From an uncultured Spirochaetia bacterium (GTDB lineage Bacteria > Oederibacteriota > PGYV01), in the NCBI GenBank assembly GCA_964417645.1, contig CAYQIS010000003.1:19568-83567 (forward strand): a DNA stretch of 64,000 nt. Direction: 5' to 3'. The position numbers and the translations under genes were made by a program. Shown piece by piece: positions 40,074-48,895 of this stretch. Positions within the stretch are counted from its first letter, which is position 1; each line of letters begins with the position of its first letter. The notes beneath the pieces are model-generated. The model was not told the DNA's origin and made no database searches. It saw only the letters and a list, made by a program, of their open reading frames with translations.

Positions 40074-41357
40074 TTATTTCCACTCGTAAACGAGCGCTAT
40101 GCTGTTGTTAAGGTCATCGCTGTAATTGGAAATAAAGTTAGGACCTGCCATCAGAATTTCAGGGTCAATGTACATATCTATCCTGAAGTCGCCGATTTTG
40201 CCTGTTAAACCGATTGAGTAACCAAGATATGGTGATATATTTATGTCTGTATGTATGTTATTATCTTTGTAAGAAGGCTTCTGTGTATTAGGATTTTCGC
40301 TGTATTTTGTTACATAATTATTAAAGTTTATTGCGTAGAAGCTTGCGCCTGCGCTGAATGTCCATGTTTCATTAAGTTTTCCTTTTATTGCAATATTTAC
40401 AGGAACATAGCAATAAAATTCATTCCATGTTGTTGTTTCATATGTTTTTACGCCTGTGTTTTTATTTTCTGTAACCTTGTCATCGGATGCTGTTACATTT
40501 CCCAAAAGACCTGCTGAAAGAAGGACAGAAAGTGTGTCAGTTGCTTTTATTGTTTTTCCAATAAGAGCGGAAAAATCAAGCGCATTGTTGCTGTTTGTAA
40601 AAACAGAGTTTGTATCGCCTGCATCCGTAAAATCGCCGTCATTGTTTGCGTCTGTTTTTGTAATATTATTTACTCCGCCGTTTTTAAAACCAAGCCCTGC
40701 GCTTACAAGAAGGTCTTTGGTGAGCGCAAGCCTTGCGTCAGCTCCAATTCTCATATTTCCATAGGATGTGGAGCTGTCACCAACTATTGTTCCTGATGCA
40801 TTTTTATTTTTTGTGGCATCGCCGGAATTTATTGTTCCAAAGTTAAGAGCAAGGTCAAGACCTGTAAGGCCAACAGTTCCTTTTAAACCCAAATACTGAT
40901 AAAATTTTGAATATTTATCAGACGAGTTTGATGCATAAAGGGCAGGATTCTTGTTTTCGTCATATAAAGAATTAACACCATACAAAACAGCAACACCAAG
41001 TTTTCCGAAATTCATGTCTCCGGCCCATGCCAAACCAAGCACCATGCTTGGATAGTCCGGATCTATTCCGTCAAGATAAATATATTCGGTATGGCTTGCT
41101 GATACTGCAAATGTTCCCATGTCTGTTTTTAATGAAACAAGGCCTAAAAAGTCTCCTCCGCCTAAGTCTTCAATTAAAGCCGAATTGCCAAAAAGAGCGA
41201 TGTCTGTTACAAATGTGTTTGCGCCTGTAAGGCTTCCGGGATTAAGAACGCCGGGATACAAGGCCATTGATGATTCCTGCGTGTAGCTTGTAATTCCTGC
41301 GAATGCGCCTGAAGTTAAAAGCGCAAGTACTGCAAAAACAGCCAAAAATTTCTTCAT
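40074..41357 (-). CDS. outer-membrane beta-barrel-like protein
   Basis: Signal peptide; amphipathic strands; C-terminus GPNFIS...ALVYEWK. Confidence 0.7.
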   Translation of the reverse strand: MKKFLAVFAVLALLTSGAFAGITSYTQESSMALYPGVLNPGSLTGANTFVTDIALFGNSALIEDLGGGDFLGLVSLKTDMGTFAVSASHTEYIYLDGIDPDYPSMVLGLAWAGDMNFGKLGVAVLYGVNSLYDENKNPALYASNSSDKYSKFYQYLGLKGTVGLTGLDLALNFGTINSGDATKNKNASGTIVGDSSTSYGNMRIGADARLALTKDLLVSAGLGFKNGGVNNITKTDANNDGDFTDAGDTNSVFTNSNNALDFSALIGKTIKATDTLSVLLSAGLLGNVTASDDKVTENKNTGVKTYETTTWNEFYCYVPVNIAIKGKLNETWTFSAGASFYAINFNNYVTKYSENPNTQKPSYKDNNIHTDINISPYLGYSIGLTGKIGDFRIDMYIDPEILMAGPNFISNYSDDLNNSIALVYEWK

Positions 41358-41546
41358 TACGAGTACCCTCCAAATTTTTTTTTGCGGGACTGATTGACTT
41401 TTAGGTTCCGGTTTGCCCCATTTATTCCGGGACCTTTTTTCGCTTACTTTTCACCTCCCTTTTGGGGATTTTAATGAAACATAAAGCTAAAAAAGTTTTA
41501 ATCAGTATTTCCGGTAAGATTATTCCTCAATTCCCAATATGAAAAC

Positions 41547-41575
41547 ATATTATCATATGGCTGAATGGCTGTCAA
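41547..41575 (-). promoter_or_regulatory. sigma70-type promoter of the OMP pair (about 185-nt leader)
   Basis: TTGACA-N17-TAATAT on the minus strand. Confidence 0.65.
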
Positions 41576-41688
41576 GGATATGTACAGTATAAAATTCATC
41601 AAGGTATTGATATGCAGGGTGTAGATGTGTTAATATTTGACCGGATATAAGGGATAAACAGTAAAAAATTTCAGGAGGCAAAACAATT

Positions 41689-42108
41689 ATGGAAAAAGGG
41701 CTTAAACTTTTACTTGCAGGGGTTATAGCGGGAATAATACTGTTTGTTGCTGCAGGTATATCTTATAGGTATACTGGGGAAATAGTTGACCCTTCATTAA
41801 GAGCTCTTTTTAGGGAAACGGTTTCAATGAAGTGGTTTCATAAGCTTCTTTTATTAAACGCAGGAATGGGGATTATGATGGCGGTATTTTTTGCCCTTTT
41901 GCAGAACGGTATACCGGGTCAGGGCATGGCAAAAGGGATAATGTGGGGTTTTATAATATGGTTTATAATTGTTACCCAGCCTCTTATTTTTCAGCTTGTA
42001 AACGGACAGTTTTCATCAGAAAAACTTTTAACATGGCTTACACAGGGTCTTGTAAGCTATGTTGCCGCAGGGCTGTCAATATCCTTGATTTATAAAACAG
42101 GAAAGTGA
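41689..42108 (+). CDS. small 4-TM membrane protein
   Basis: Four hydrophobic segments; SD AGGAGG. Confidence 0.7.
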   Translation: MEKGLKLLLAGVIAGIILFVAAGISYRYTGEIVDPSLRALFRETVSMKWFHKLLLLNAGMGIMMAVFFALLQNGIPGQGMAKGIMWGFIIWFIIVTQPLIFQLVNGQFSSEKLLTWLTQGLVSYVAAGLSISLIYKTGK

Positions 42109-42962
42109 TGTTTAAAAAAGCAAAGGATATTCTTTTTTCACTGAGGCCTTCAAGGCATATACATTACACTGTTTTATTTATAATCGGATATCTTGCATAT
42201 AATGGTTTTTCTTTTGAAAATAAATGGCGCTTTATTCAGGGCATTGCTGTAATAAACCTGCTTTTTGCTTCCGCGCTGCTTGTTAACAGCATCTATGATG
42301 CTGAAATAGACGGAATAAACAGAAAACCAAACATGGTGAATATAATAAAAAGCCATGAAAAAAACTGGTTTACTCTTTACGGTTTTTTGCTTTTTATTCT
42401 TTTTGGAATTTCTCTTTTAAACGGAATAACACAGTTTATTGTTTGTTTGATTCTTTCTTTAATGTCTTATTTTTATTCCGCGCCTCCTTTAAGATTAAAA
42501 AAGATTTTCATTTTAAATCTTTTGATTATTGCTGTGGCTGCAACAGGAACGGTATTCTTGGCATATATATGGACAGAGCCTGAAAAAGCATTTCCCACTT
42601 TTAATTTTAAAGCCGCCGTAATGATGACAATTCTTCTTGCGGCGGCTTTCAGCGTAAAAGACGTAAATGATTATGAAGGCGATTTAAAAGGCGGCATAAT
42701 TACCATAATGACATTGTTCGGAGAACGTAAAGGAAGATATATTACGGCCATTCTTGCGGCAGCGGCTTATTTTTTAACGCCTTTTGCAATAAATAAATTT
42801 AATTTAACGCCTTATTCTTTTGCCGCCGGCATATTGACTTTTTTGGCGGTAATTTTTGGGAAAAAAGTAAACGAGACTTTTGTTTTTATTGTTTTATATG
42901 TTTTTCTGGGTATATATCTTTTTTTTAATCCCATTCAACCAGAAATGCAATACCGCCCGTAA
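42105..42962 (+). CDS. UbiA-superfamily prenyltransferase
   Basis: NSIYDAEID and KDVNDYEGD Asp-rich motifs; YSAPPLRLK. Confidence 0.85.
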   Translation: MMFKKAKDILFSLRPSRHIHYTVLFIIGYLAYNGFSFENKWRFIQGIAVINLLFASALLVNSIYDAEIDGINRKPNMVNIIKSHEKNWFTLYGFLLFILFGISLLNGITQFIVCLILSLMSYFYSAPPLRLKKIFILNLLIIAVAATGTVFLAYIWTEPEKAFPTFNFKAAVMMTILLAAAFSVKDVNDYEGDLKGGIITIMTLFGERKGRYITAILAAAAYFLTPFAINKFNLTPYSFAAGILTFLAVIFGKKVNETFVFIVLYVFLGIYLFFNPIQPEMQYRP

Positions 42963-43452
42963 AATCAAGTTCGGTTACCCGGATATTTTGGGCGCTTGTG
43001 TTGACAATGCCCTGCTTTAGCCATCCAAGCAGCCTTTTTGAAACAAAACGGTCATCTGGAAATCCGGAAAAAAACATTTTAACTTTGTTGTCCCTGATAT
43101 GTTCTATGCGCACCGCCGCTTCCGTATAATATGAAGAAAGAATTGCGGGCGCGGTATTTATCAAACCGTAAGGCGGCATATTTTTAAAAAGTCTGTGTGT
43201 TGTTTCCATTGCCTGGTTTGCGGAATATGCCCCGGTTTCTTCCGATATTCTTCCGTCATTAAAACCGAAATATTTTTCAACTTCGGCAAGAAGATAAATA
43301 AATTCTTCAACAGGAATCCATTCAAGAGCGTTTGAGGAGGATAATTTTTTGATTTTAGATGCGGAGTTGATAAAGTGATTTGTTTTTTCGGTTCCGAATT
43401 TGTTTTTTAAAAAATTGAATGTGTTAACAAAAAGAATGCCTTTTGCTTGCAT
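42925..43452 (-). CDS. DUF2378/V4R-related small ligand-binding protein
   Basis: KG.LF...L...G, W.P, G...A pattern resembles this family. Confidence 0.5.
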   Translation of the reverse strand: MQAKGILFVNTFNFLKNKFGTEKTNHFINSASKIKKLSSSNALEWIPVEEFIYLLAEVEKYFGFNDGRISEETGAYSANQAMETTHRLFKNMPPYGLINTAPAILSSYYTEAAVRIEHIRDNKVKMFFSGFPDDRFVSKRLLGWLKQGIVNTSAQNIRVTELDFTGGIAFLVEWD

Positions 43453-43551
43453 TTTTACCGCCGGCCGGTTAAAGTTTTAATATCATAATGCCTGAAAAGA
43501 TTCCGGCAGAAAAATAATATCACATAATATTTTGGAAGTCAAATAAAGCCG

Positions 43552-44862
43552 TTATTCGGCTTTAATTTTTTGGAAAAGGCCCTCTCCCGTTATTTCTTTC
43601 ATTTCCTTGATGGCGCAAAGTTCGCCGCACATTGTGCAAACTTCATTATTGCCGGGTTTTGAACTTTCTCTCATTTTTCTTGACAGGGCGGGATTAATTG
43701 AAAGGGATATTTGTTTTTCCCAGTCAAGTGCTTTTCGCGCTTTTGCCATTTCATTGTCCCATTCAATTGCGCCCGGTATTCCCTTTGCGATATCAGCGGC
43801 GTGAGCGGCAATTCTTGAAACTATAACGCCTTCCCGCACTTCTTCTATATCTGGAAGCTTCAGGTGTTCTGCTGCGGTCACATAACACAAAAAGTCGGCG
43901 CCGCTCATTGCTGCCAAAGCGCCCCCTATGGCTGATGTTATATGGTCATATCCGGGCGCTATATCGGTGACAAGAGGCCCAAGAACATAAAAAGGCGCGT
44001 TATTGCATAATTTTTTTTGTATCTGCATATTTGTTGCTATCTGATTTAAAGGCACATGGCCGGGGCCCTCTATCATAACCTGCACATTTTTTTCATATGC
44101 CCTTTTTGCAAGTTCGCCGAGAGTTATAAGTTCTTCAATTTGCGCCCTGTCGGTTGCGTCAGAAAGGCAGCCGGGGCGCATGCCGTCCCCTAAAGACAGT
44201 GTTACATCATATTTATACGCAATATCAAGCAGTCTGTCATATTGTGTAAAAAGAGGATTTTCGGTTTTATTTTTCATTATCCATACGGCAAGCAGTGTTC
44301 CTCCGCGGCTTACCATATCAAGCATTCTTCCCTGATTGATAAGTGTGTCTATTGAACGCTTTGTAACTCCGCAATGGACAGTTATAAAATCAATTCCTTC
44401 TTTTGCCTGATTTTCAATTGCCGTAAACAGGTCTTCTTCCGTCATTTGTTCAAGTTTTCGGCCGCTTTTTATTACATCGATAACCGCCTGGTAAACTGGA
44501 ACAGTGCCTATTGGAATTGTTGATTTTTCGGTTATTTTTCTTCTTATGTTTGTAATATCACCGCCGGTTGAAAGATCCATTACAGTATCGGCCCCGGCTT
44601 CCGTACAAACACGCAGTTTTTCAAGCTCATTTTCAACGGAACAAATATATTCCGAACTTCCTATGTTGGCGTTTACTTTTGTTTTAAGCCCCCTGCCAAT
44701 ACCGGTTGCTTTTATATTTTTATGATTTATGTTTTTTGTTATTACTATTTCCCCGGCGGCAATCCTTTTTACAAGCTCGTTAATATTAAAATTTTCATTT
44801 TTTGCAACTTCCGCCATTTCAGGCGTTATTATGCCTTTTTTTGCGGCTTCAAGCTGTGTCAT
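43552..44862 (-). CDS. thiC: phosphomethylpyrimidine synthase
   Basis: KVNANIG, MDLSTGGD, SRGG, LGDGMRPG, EGPGH, YDHI, C-terminal CTMCG.LC. Confidence 0.92.
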   Translation of the reverse strand: MTQLEAAKKGIITPEMAEVAKNENFNINELVKRIAAGEIVITKNINHKNIKATGIGRGLKTKVNANIGSSEYICSVENELEKLRVCTEAGADTVMDLSTGGDITNIRRKITEKSTIPIGTVPVYQAVIDVIKSGRKLEQMTEEDLFTAIENQAKEGIDFITVHCGVTKRSIDTLINQGRMLDMVSRGGTLLAVWIMKNKTENPLFTQYDRLLDIAYKYDVTLSLGDGMRPGCLSDATDRAQIEELITLGELAKRAYEKNVQVMIEGPGHVPLNQIATNMQIQKKLCNNAPFYVLGPLVTDIAPGYDHITSAIGGALAAMSGADFLCYVTAAEHLKLPDIEEVREGVIVSRIAAHAADIAKGIPGAIEWDNEMAKARKALDWEKQISLSINPALSRKMRESSKPGNNEVCTMCGELCAIKEMKEITGEGLFQKIKAE

Positions 44863-45290
44863 ATATTTTTACCCGCCTTAAGCATGAATTTTTTCTCCAA
44901 AACATATGTTTCATACCGTAATTCTTTAAAAAGAAAGGAAGCTTTTTTATTTATAAGTTTTGATATTTCTTCAAGAACACGAAGGCTTTCCTGCGACCTT
45001 TTAAAATTTGAAAGAATTATATCGTAAAGATTTTTACGGTTAAATTCCGATTTTTGTTTAATATGTCTTCCTTTATCCGAAGCGCTGTTTCTTGATTCCA
45101 GATAATCTGAAATTTCATGACCAAGTTTTTTTGATGCAAAAGTTATTCCGTGCCTTATTTTTTTACTCATTGAAGTAAGGGTTTTATCTTTAAAAATAAA
45201 CCTTGATATGTCTTCTGTAACCCGCAGCCCTTCCCTTGAACGGTTGACATTTGCGTCTATAACCGCAAGAATTCCTTTCTTTATCTCCAT
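44859..45290 (-). CDS. stand-alone ThiD2-type domain (as found N-terminal to some ThiE proteins)
   Basis: DANVNRSREGLRV.ED, N..RSQESLRVLEE, LRY..Y. Confidence 0.75.
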   Translation of the reverse strand: MEIKKGILAVIDANVNRSREGLRVTEDISRFIFKDKTLTSMSKKIRHGITFASKKLGHEISDYLESRNSASDKGRHIKQKSEFNRKNLYDIILSNFKRSQESLRVLEEISKLINKKASFLFKELRYETYVLEKKFMLKAGKNI

Positions 45291-45511
45291 TTTCCTTCCT
45301 TAAGGCTTTTTATTGCTTCCGATAAAAAAGTTAAGGGTGAAATTCCTTCATCAAACCATTTGCCTATTATATATCCAAGAAGGCAGAATAAAAGGATAAT
45401 AAGGGTTTTTGCAATACCGAATATTACAATCAGAAGCGATATGATAAAAGCTGAAATTATTCCGATAATTTTGCCTATATTTAAAAGCAGGAAATGCAGA
45501 AATTCTTTCAT
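45281..45511 (-). CDS. DUF2273 small membrane protein
   Basis: GKIIG....FG..KT..LGY.IG pattern; follows amaP. Confidence 0.75.
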   Translation of the reverse strand: MKEFLHFLLLNIGKIIGIISAFIISLLIVIFGIAKTLIILLFCLLGYIIGKWFDEGISPLTFLSEAIKSLKEGKWR

Positions 45512-45514
45512 TGT

Positions 45515-46072
45515 TTATCTGTCTGCCTGACGAAAAGTCACTTTACTTACTATTACGGTTGGCTTGACAGGCGTGTCAATTCCAAGGGTGTTTCTTATAT
45601 ATCTTATTGTTTCTTCCTGTATTTCCTGTGTTACGTCGGCAACGGGCCTGTCTGAATAAAGAACAACCCGTGCAATCACGTCTATTCTTTTGTTTCTGGA
45701 ATAAACTTTTCCTTTTATATCCTTGACTCCGGGAATAAGATTTTTAATGACCCTTGAAAAATCTTCAAGCGCGGACATCGAAACATAAATGTCGCCAAGG
45801 TCCGATTGAAGCACCACGGTCCTTTCAAGCCGGCGGTTTTCAATATTTCCTATTATTGTAAGAAGAGCGATTGCAACAAGAAAAACTCCCGTGATAAAAA
45901 CAGCCACTCTCCAAGCTGCGGTGGCATTTTTCATATAGTTAATAAATGATTCCGAGGTTTTCATTGCAAAAGCATTTCCGGCGGTATTTACGCTTACAGC
46001 TATCATAAATATTCCCGCAATAATAAATAAAAGAGTGTTGATTATTATGATGATTCTGTTAAAGTATCTCAT
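45515..46072 (-). CDS. amaP: alkaline shock response membrane anchor AmaP
   Basis: Two N-terminal TMs plus an Asp23-like domain; asp23-amaP-DUF2273 synteny. Confidence 0.75.
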   Translation of the reverse strand: MRYFNRIIIIINTLLFIIAGIFMIAVSVNTAGNAFAMKTSESFINYMKNATAAWRVAVFITGVFLVAIALLTIIGNIENRRLERTVVLQSDLGDIYVSMSALEDFSRVIKNLIPGVKDIKGKVYSRNKRIDVIARVVLYSDRPVADVTQEIQEETIRYIRNTLGIDTPVKPTVIVSKVTFRQADR

Positions 46073-46085
46073 TCTTCTTCCTCCG

Positions 46086-46433
46086 TTATTTTGGAGGCCT
46101 TACACCATTAATATTTATATTAACTTTATCAACGATAAGGCCTGTCATTTTTTCAATGGATTTTTTTATTTTATCCTGAACTTTTTCCGCAACTTCCGAA
46201 ACATCATATCCAAAACATATTATTATATTTATGTCAATGCTTACAATGTCATGGTTTAAATATACCTTAACTCCTCGCGTAAAATTTATTACTCCAAATG
46301 ATTCTGCAAGACTTCCAAGAGCTCCGGAATCAATTCCCAAAACTCCTTCGGCGGATTTTGCCGCAACGCATGCAATTTCTCCTATTGCAGAGTCTGACAG
46401 TCTTATTGTTCCCAATCCTGTTTTTTCTTCCAT
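46086..46433 (-). CDS. Asp23/Gls24 family protein (YqhY-like)
   Basis: G.I.LSD.AI..IA, GVKV, V..VQ..I...TGL.V..VNI; follows accC. Confidence 0.88.
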   Translation of the reverse strand: MEEKTGLGTIRLSDSAIGEIACVAAKSAEGVLGIDSGALGSLAESFGVINFTRGVKVYLNHDIVSIDINIIICFGYDVSEVAEKVQDKIKKSIEKMTGLIVDKVNININGVRPPK

Positions 46434-46434
46434 G

Positions 46435-47781
46435 CTATTTTCCCATTTTTTCTATGAAAGATGTTGAATAATTATTGCTTAAAAAATGTTCATTATCAAG
46501 AATTTTAAGATGCAAAGGAATTGTGGTTTTTACGCCTTCAATTACAAACTCGCTTAAGGCCCTTTTCATTCTTACTATCGCTTCGTCCCTGTTTGCTCCC
46601 CTTGCAATAATTTTCGCAACCATGGAATCGTAATAAGGAGGGATGCAATAGCCTTTATAAACATGGGTGTCAACCCTTATGCCTGCGCCGCCGGGAACAT
46701 TGTATTCGGTTATTTTTCCCGGGGAAGGCATAAAGTTATTATCCGGATCTTCTGCATTTATTCTGCACTCTATGGCATGACCGCGAAGCCCTATTTCTTT
46801 GTTTGGAGGCAGCGTGCATTTTTCGCCCGCCGCTATCCTTATTTGTTCCTTGATAAGGTCAAAACCAAGCACTTCTTCGGATACCGTGTGTTCAACCTGT
46901 ATTCTTGTGTTCATCTCCATAAAATAGAAATTTTTGTTTTTGTCCATTATAAATTCTATTGTTCCTGCGCCTTCGTATTTAATATTGCGAATAAGCTTTT
47001 GGGCAACAGAGCACATTTCGCTTCGTATTTTTTCACTTATAAAAGGAGATGGCGATTCTTCTATAAGTTTTTGATGCCTGCGCTGAACGGAACAATCGCG
47101 TTCACCAAGAGTGTAATAAAGGTTGTGTTTTGGATCTCCCATTACCTGTATTTCTATATGACGTGGTTCTTCAACAAATCTTTCAAGGTAAATGTCAGGA
47201 TTGTTGAAGGCTGTTTGAGCTTCCTGTCTTACTATGTTAAAAGCATTGCGAAGCGCGAGTTCTGTATGGGCAACTCTCATTCCGCGGCCGCCGCCGCCCG
47301 CCACGGCTTTAAGCATTATCGGATATCCGACTTTTTTTGCAACTTCAACACAGTCTTCTTCATCTTTTAAAACCCTGCCTGAACCGGGAACAGTGGGAAC
47401 TTTGCTTAATGTTGCGGTCTCTATTGCTTTGGCTTTATCACCCATCATTCGTATTGCTTCAGGCGAAGGACCTATAAATTTAATATTGCATTGTGCGCAT
47501 AATTCGGCAAAATGCGCGTTTTCCGCAAGAAAACCATAGCCGGGATGTATTGCTTCCGCATCAGTCACTTCCGCGGCTGAAAGTATTGCTGGAATGTTAA
47601 GATAACTTGATTTTGGGGAAGCCGGACCTATGCACACGGCATGATCGGCATATCTTACATGCAGCGAATTTTCATCGGCTTCAGAAAAAACAGCAACAGT
47701 TTCAACACCCAATTCCTTGCAGGCCCTTATTATTCTTAATGCAATTTCGCCCCTGTTTGCGATAAGTATTCTGTTAAACAC
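46435..47781 (-). CDS. accC: acetyl-CoA carboxylase biotin carboxylase subunit
   Basis: ANRGEIA, GGGGRGMR, RDCS.QRRHQKL, EMNTRIQVEH, YYDSM. Confidence 0.96.
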   Translation of the reverse strand: MFNRILIANRGEIALRIIRACKELGVETVAVFSEADENSLHVRYADHAVCIGPASPKSSYLNIPAILSAAEVTDAEAIHPGYGFLAENAHFAELCAQCNIKFIGPSPEAIRMMGDKAKAIETATLSKVPTVPGSGRVLKDEEDCVEVAKKVGYPIMLKAVAGGGGRGMRVAHTELALRNAFNIVRQEAQTAFNNPDIYLERFVEEPRHIEIQVMGDPKHNLYYTLGERDCSVQRRHQKLIEESPSPFISEKIRSEMCSVAQKLIRNIKYEGAGTIEFIMDKNKNFYFMEMNTRIQVEHTVSEEVLGFDLIKEQIRIAAGEKCTLPPNKEIGLRGHAIECRINAEDPDNNFMPSPGKITEYNVPGGAGIRVDTHVYKGYCIPPYYDSMVAKIIARGANRDEAIVRMKRALSEFVIEGVKTTIPLHLKILDNEHFLSNNYSTSFIEKMGK

Positions 47782-47801
47782 TTTTTGCCCCTTTCGATTG
47801 C

Positions 47802-48302
47802 TTATATTTTTTCTATTATAATAATGGGCTGATTAAATTCAACAGCCTGGGCGTTTTCAACAAGTATTTCTTTTACCTTTCCTTTAACTTCGGATTTTAT
47901 TTCATTCATAATTTTCATTGCTTCAATTATGCACAAGGTTTTTCCGGGTTCAACCATGTCGCCTACATTTACATAAGGAGCGGCATCGGGTGAAGGCGCA
48001 CGATAAAAAGTTCCGACCATGGGTGATTTAACGGTTGTTTCATTTGGATTTTCGGTTTTTACAGGAGCTGTATTTTGCGCCGGAACCGGAGCCGCAGCAG
48101 GTGCTGATACGGCAGGCTGTGTAATCGCGGGCGCAGCGTATGTTACCGCTCCGGCGGGAACATAAGCCCCTTGTTTTTTTAAGGTTATTTTAAGGTCTTT
48201 TTCTTCGTAAACAAATTCAACAAGTTCGCCTTTTTCCATTACTTTAAGTGCGATATTAAGGGATTCTGAATCTATTTTTGTTTTTGTTTTTTTATCCGGC
48301 AT
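47802..48302 (-). CDS. accB: biotin carboxyl carrier protein
   Basis: SPMVGTFYR, EAMK biotinylation motif, Ala/Pro linker. Confidence 0.96.
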   Translation of the reverse strand: MPDKKTKTKIDSESLNIALKVMEKGELVEFVYEEKDLKITLKKQGAYVPAGAVTYAAPAITQPAVSAPAAAPVPAQNTAPVKTENPNETTVKSPMVGTFYRAPSPDAAPYVNVGDMVEPGKTLCIIEAMKIMNEIKSEVKGKVKEILVENAQAVEFNQPIIIIEKI

Positions 48303-48317
48303 TTTTTCACCTCTTTT

Positions 48318-48881
48318 TTATTTGTTAACCCTTTCAATATATTCTCCGGTTCTGGTGTCTATTCTTATTATATCGCCTTCTTTAATAAAAGGCGGCACAT
48401 TTACAACCGCCCCTGTTTCAACTGTTACAGGTATTGTAATGGAACCGGCAGAATTACCCTTAACACCGGGAGGCGCCGAAACAACTTTTAAATCAACTTT
48501 TGTCGGAAGTCTTACTCCCAAAATTTCTCCCTGATACATAAGCATTGTCATCTGCATTTCTTCCATAAGAAATTGCGCAGAATCGCCAAGCTGTTCTTTT
48601 GTAAATTCGTATTGGTCATATGTTTCAACATCCATAAAATGGAATGTATCGCCGTCTTTATAGCTGTACTGAAGTTTTTTCTCGTCAAGATATACTTCTT
48701 CAAATTTGTCATCAGGGCTGAATGTGCGTTCAACCGTTGTGCCAAGCTTATAATTTTTCATTTTTATTCTTACAAGAGGTGCAAGCCTTGGTCTTTGAAC
48801 ATGTTGATATTGAACTGTTTCCCATATTATGCCTTCATGTTTAAAACATGTTCCAGGCCTTAATTCTGATGCTGATACCAT
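48318..48881 (-). CDS. efp: translation elongation factor P
   Basis: PG.KG.SA, ETGA.V.VP.FI, DTRTGEY..R; pepP-efp-accB synteny. Confidence 0.93.
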   Translation of the reverse strand: MVSASELRPGTCFKHEGIIWETVQYQHVQRPRLAPLVRIKMKNYKLGTTVERTFSPDDKFEEVYLDEKKLQYSYKDGDTFHFMDVETYDQYEFTKEQLGDSAQFLMEEMQMTMLMYQGEILGVRLPTKVDLKVVSAPPGVKGNSAGSITIPVTVETGAVVNVPPFIKEGDIIRIDTRTGEYIERVNK

Positions 48882-48895
48882 GTAAAAAAGCCTCC

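Noticed and set aside
41380-41425. c-di-GMP-I (GEMM) riboswitch in the OMP leader (GGGCAAACC...GCAAA on the minus strand)
   Set aside because: The GAAA-tetraloop hairpin and downstream GG pairing expected after GGCAAACC are absent
45291-45514. TPP riboswitch upstream of thiD2-thiC
   Set aside because: The region is fully coding with overlapping genes; no CTGAGA/TPP core was seen
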